Below, one piece after another: positions 62,660-64,000 of a DNA stretch of 64,000 nucleotides. The notes beneath the pieces were generated by a model that saw only the letters and a list, made by a program, of their open reading frames with translations, had not been told where the DNA came from and did not search any database. How positions within the stretch are numbered: the first letter of the stretch is position 1; every line of letters begins with the position of its first letter. The stretch is from the NCBI RefSeq assembly GCF_006345805.1, contig NC_042998.1, positions 142,476,001 through 142,540,000 on the forward strand, read 5' to 3'. This DNA comes from Octopus sinensis. Taxonomy: Eukaryota. Both the position numbers and the translations under genes were made by a program.

Positions 62660-64000
62660 TTTCCGAAAGAATAAAATCTTGTACCGATTATGCCTTATTT
62701 TAATTAATTCAAATTAATGTACCTCATATTAAAAAGTGACAAACTTTTTATCGGTTGCCATCTGGGTGGGATAATTTTAGTAATAAATCAAACAGGTAAG
62801 ATGCATTAAGAATTTCAATTTTAGTTTTATCCTAATATTATTGCTTTTACACCTGTTAATTAAATTTACCTGCCTATAAAAGTCAAATTTATTCAGCAAG
62901 ATCAGCTAAAATTACATAACTATAAACCAGTTGTATATAAAGCACCCACTAACAAAATTTCAAGTCTGTATGTAAAAAATTCACAAAGTTACAAACAAAT
63001 ATTGTGGATACCCCTCTTGAACCTGAATAATTCAAAATACCGTGAACAAATACGCATTACATTTGACAGATTAATATGAACACTAAAGATGCTTTTAGGT
63101 GTTTTTTTCTTACACACATGGTTGGGACTACCCGTGTGCTACTTTGACATCATCATTCGATAAAATTTGTTGTCGGGAGAAAAATATTGAAAAATATCCA
63201 TAGATGTGTGAGTGAGAAAGAAACGAGGCGATTTGGGGATGTGCTAAAAATAATGGCTAGATCTCCCTAAAATCACACATTCTCCTCTGAAATTATTAAC
63301 AGTTTTTAAAACCGAAAATGTTTCTCTCACGGGTTTTAAGTGCGCAGTAAAAAAAAAATGACCAAAATCGTTTTGGACTGGGGTGTTGAGGGGGTGGCGG
63401 GAGTGATTCCAACTTATGTGGGCCGTCTGATCCGAAACTCCGTTTTCCAGAAATTCCTCCCCACCTTCCTTCCAAAAATGTTGCCCACAAATTTTTTTGT
63501 AATCGTAATCTACATCATTTGAAAGGTATTTGTATAAAATTACATTAAAAATATCTATTTTCCAGAAAGTCCACCCCCATCCTCACTGAGGTTGGGGTGG
63601 ATTTACGAGTGTTTCACCCTACCCCATTTTTCGCGAAAAGTGTAGTATTATAGATGCATTGAGATGTGGGGAGTCTGAAAGTGAATATAATTTTCCCCTT
63701 ACGATGTACAGTTTTGAAGTAGTTAGGAAACGTACATATAACTTTGGAAATCACCTTCCAATGATTTCATCCAGTAAGGGCTATTCAAGCCGTCGACTTT
63801 CAGAAAAAAGTCGACGAAATTCTTTTTAAAGTTTGGAAGAGAATTCGACATTCACGAAATCTTGAAGCCAGTGGCGACTCGTTGATAAAACTAGTGGGAG
63901 TGTTGCTTCAGAAAATTTTTAGTTGTTGTTTTAATATTGTGCAAAAGGAAACAAACATATAAAAGAAAATTTCTCGAAAATAGACTACAAAGCAAATAAC

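Overview
AT-rich, repeat-dense eukaryotic DNA. The tRNA-derived SINEs, (TA)n/(CA)n/(CAN)n microsatellites and RTE-type tails suggest a mollusc, probably an Octopus-like cephalopod; this is inference. The only clearly intact host gene is a single-exon linker histone H1 (10563..11138, minus strand). It has a TATA box and an H1 box, no visible 3' stem-loop, and no core histone genes nearby. The H1 locus is duplicated in direct orientation (about 7.5-12.4 kb vs 33.1-40.0 kb). In the second copy the globular domain is deleted, and a mariner with an open 354-aa DD34D transposase sits in the 5' UTR, co-oriented about 320 bp downstream of a strongly conserved H1 promoter. A globular-domain fragment from a different H1 paralog is embedded in an old mariner relic at about 520-700. 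A second, inverted duplication (about 20.7-26.6 kb vs 46.5-50.4 kb) provides empty-site controls for several insertions. The rest consists of decayed mariner/Tc1, piggyBac, hAT, Helitron and LINE relics, MITEs, a family of GG-ended elements with 8-bp TSDs, long palindromes, and degenerate minimal hammerhead-ribozyme motifs. All alignments were done by eye, and relic boundaries are approximate.
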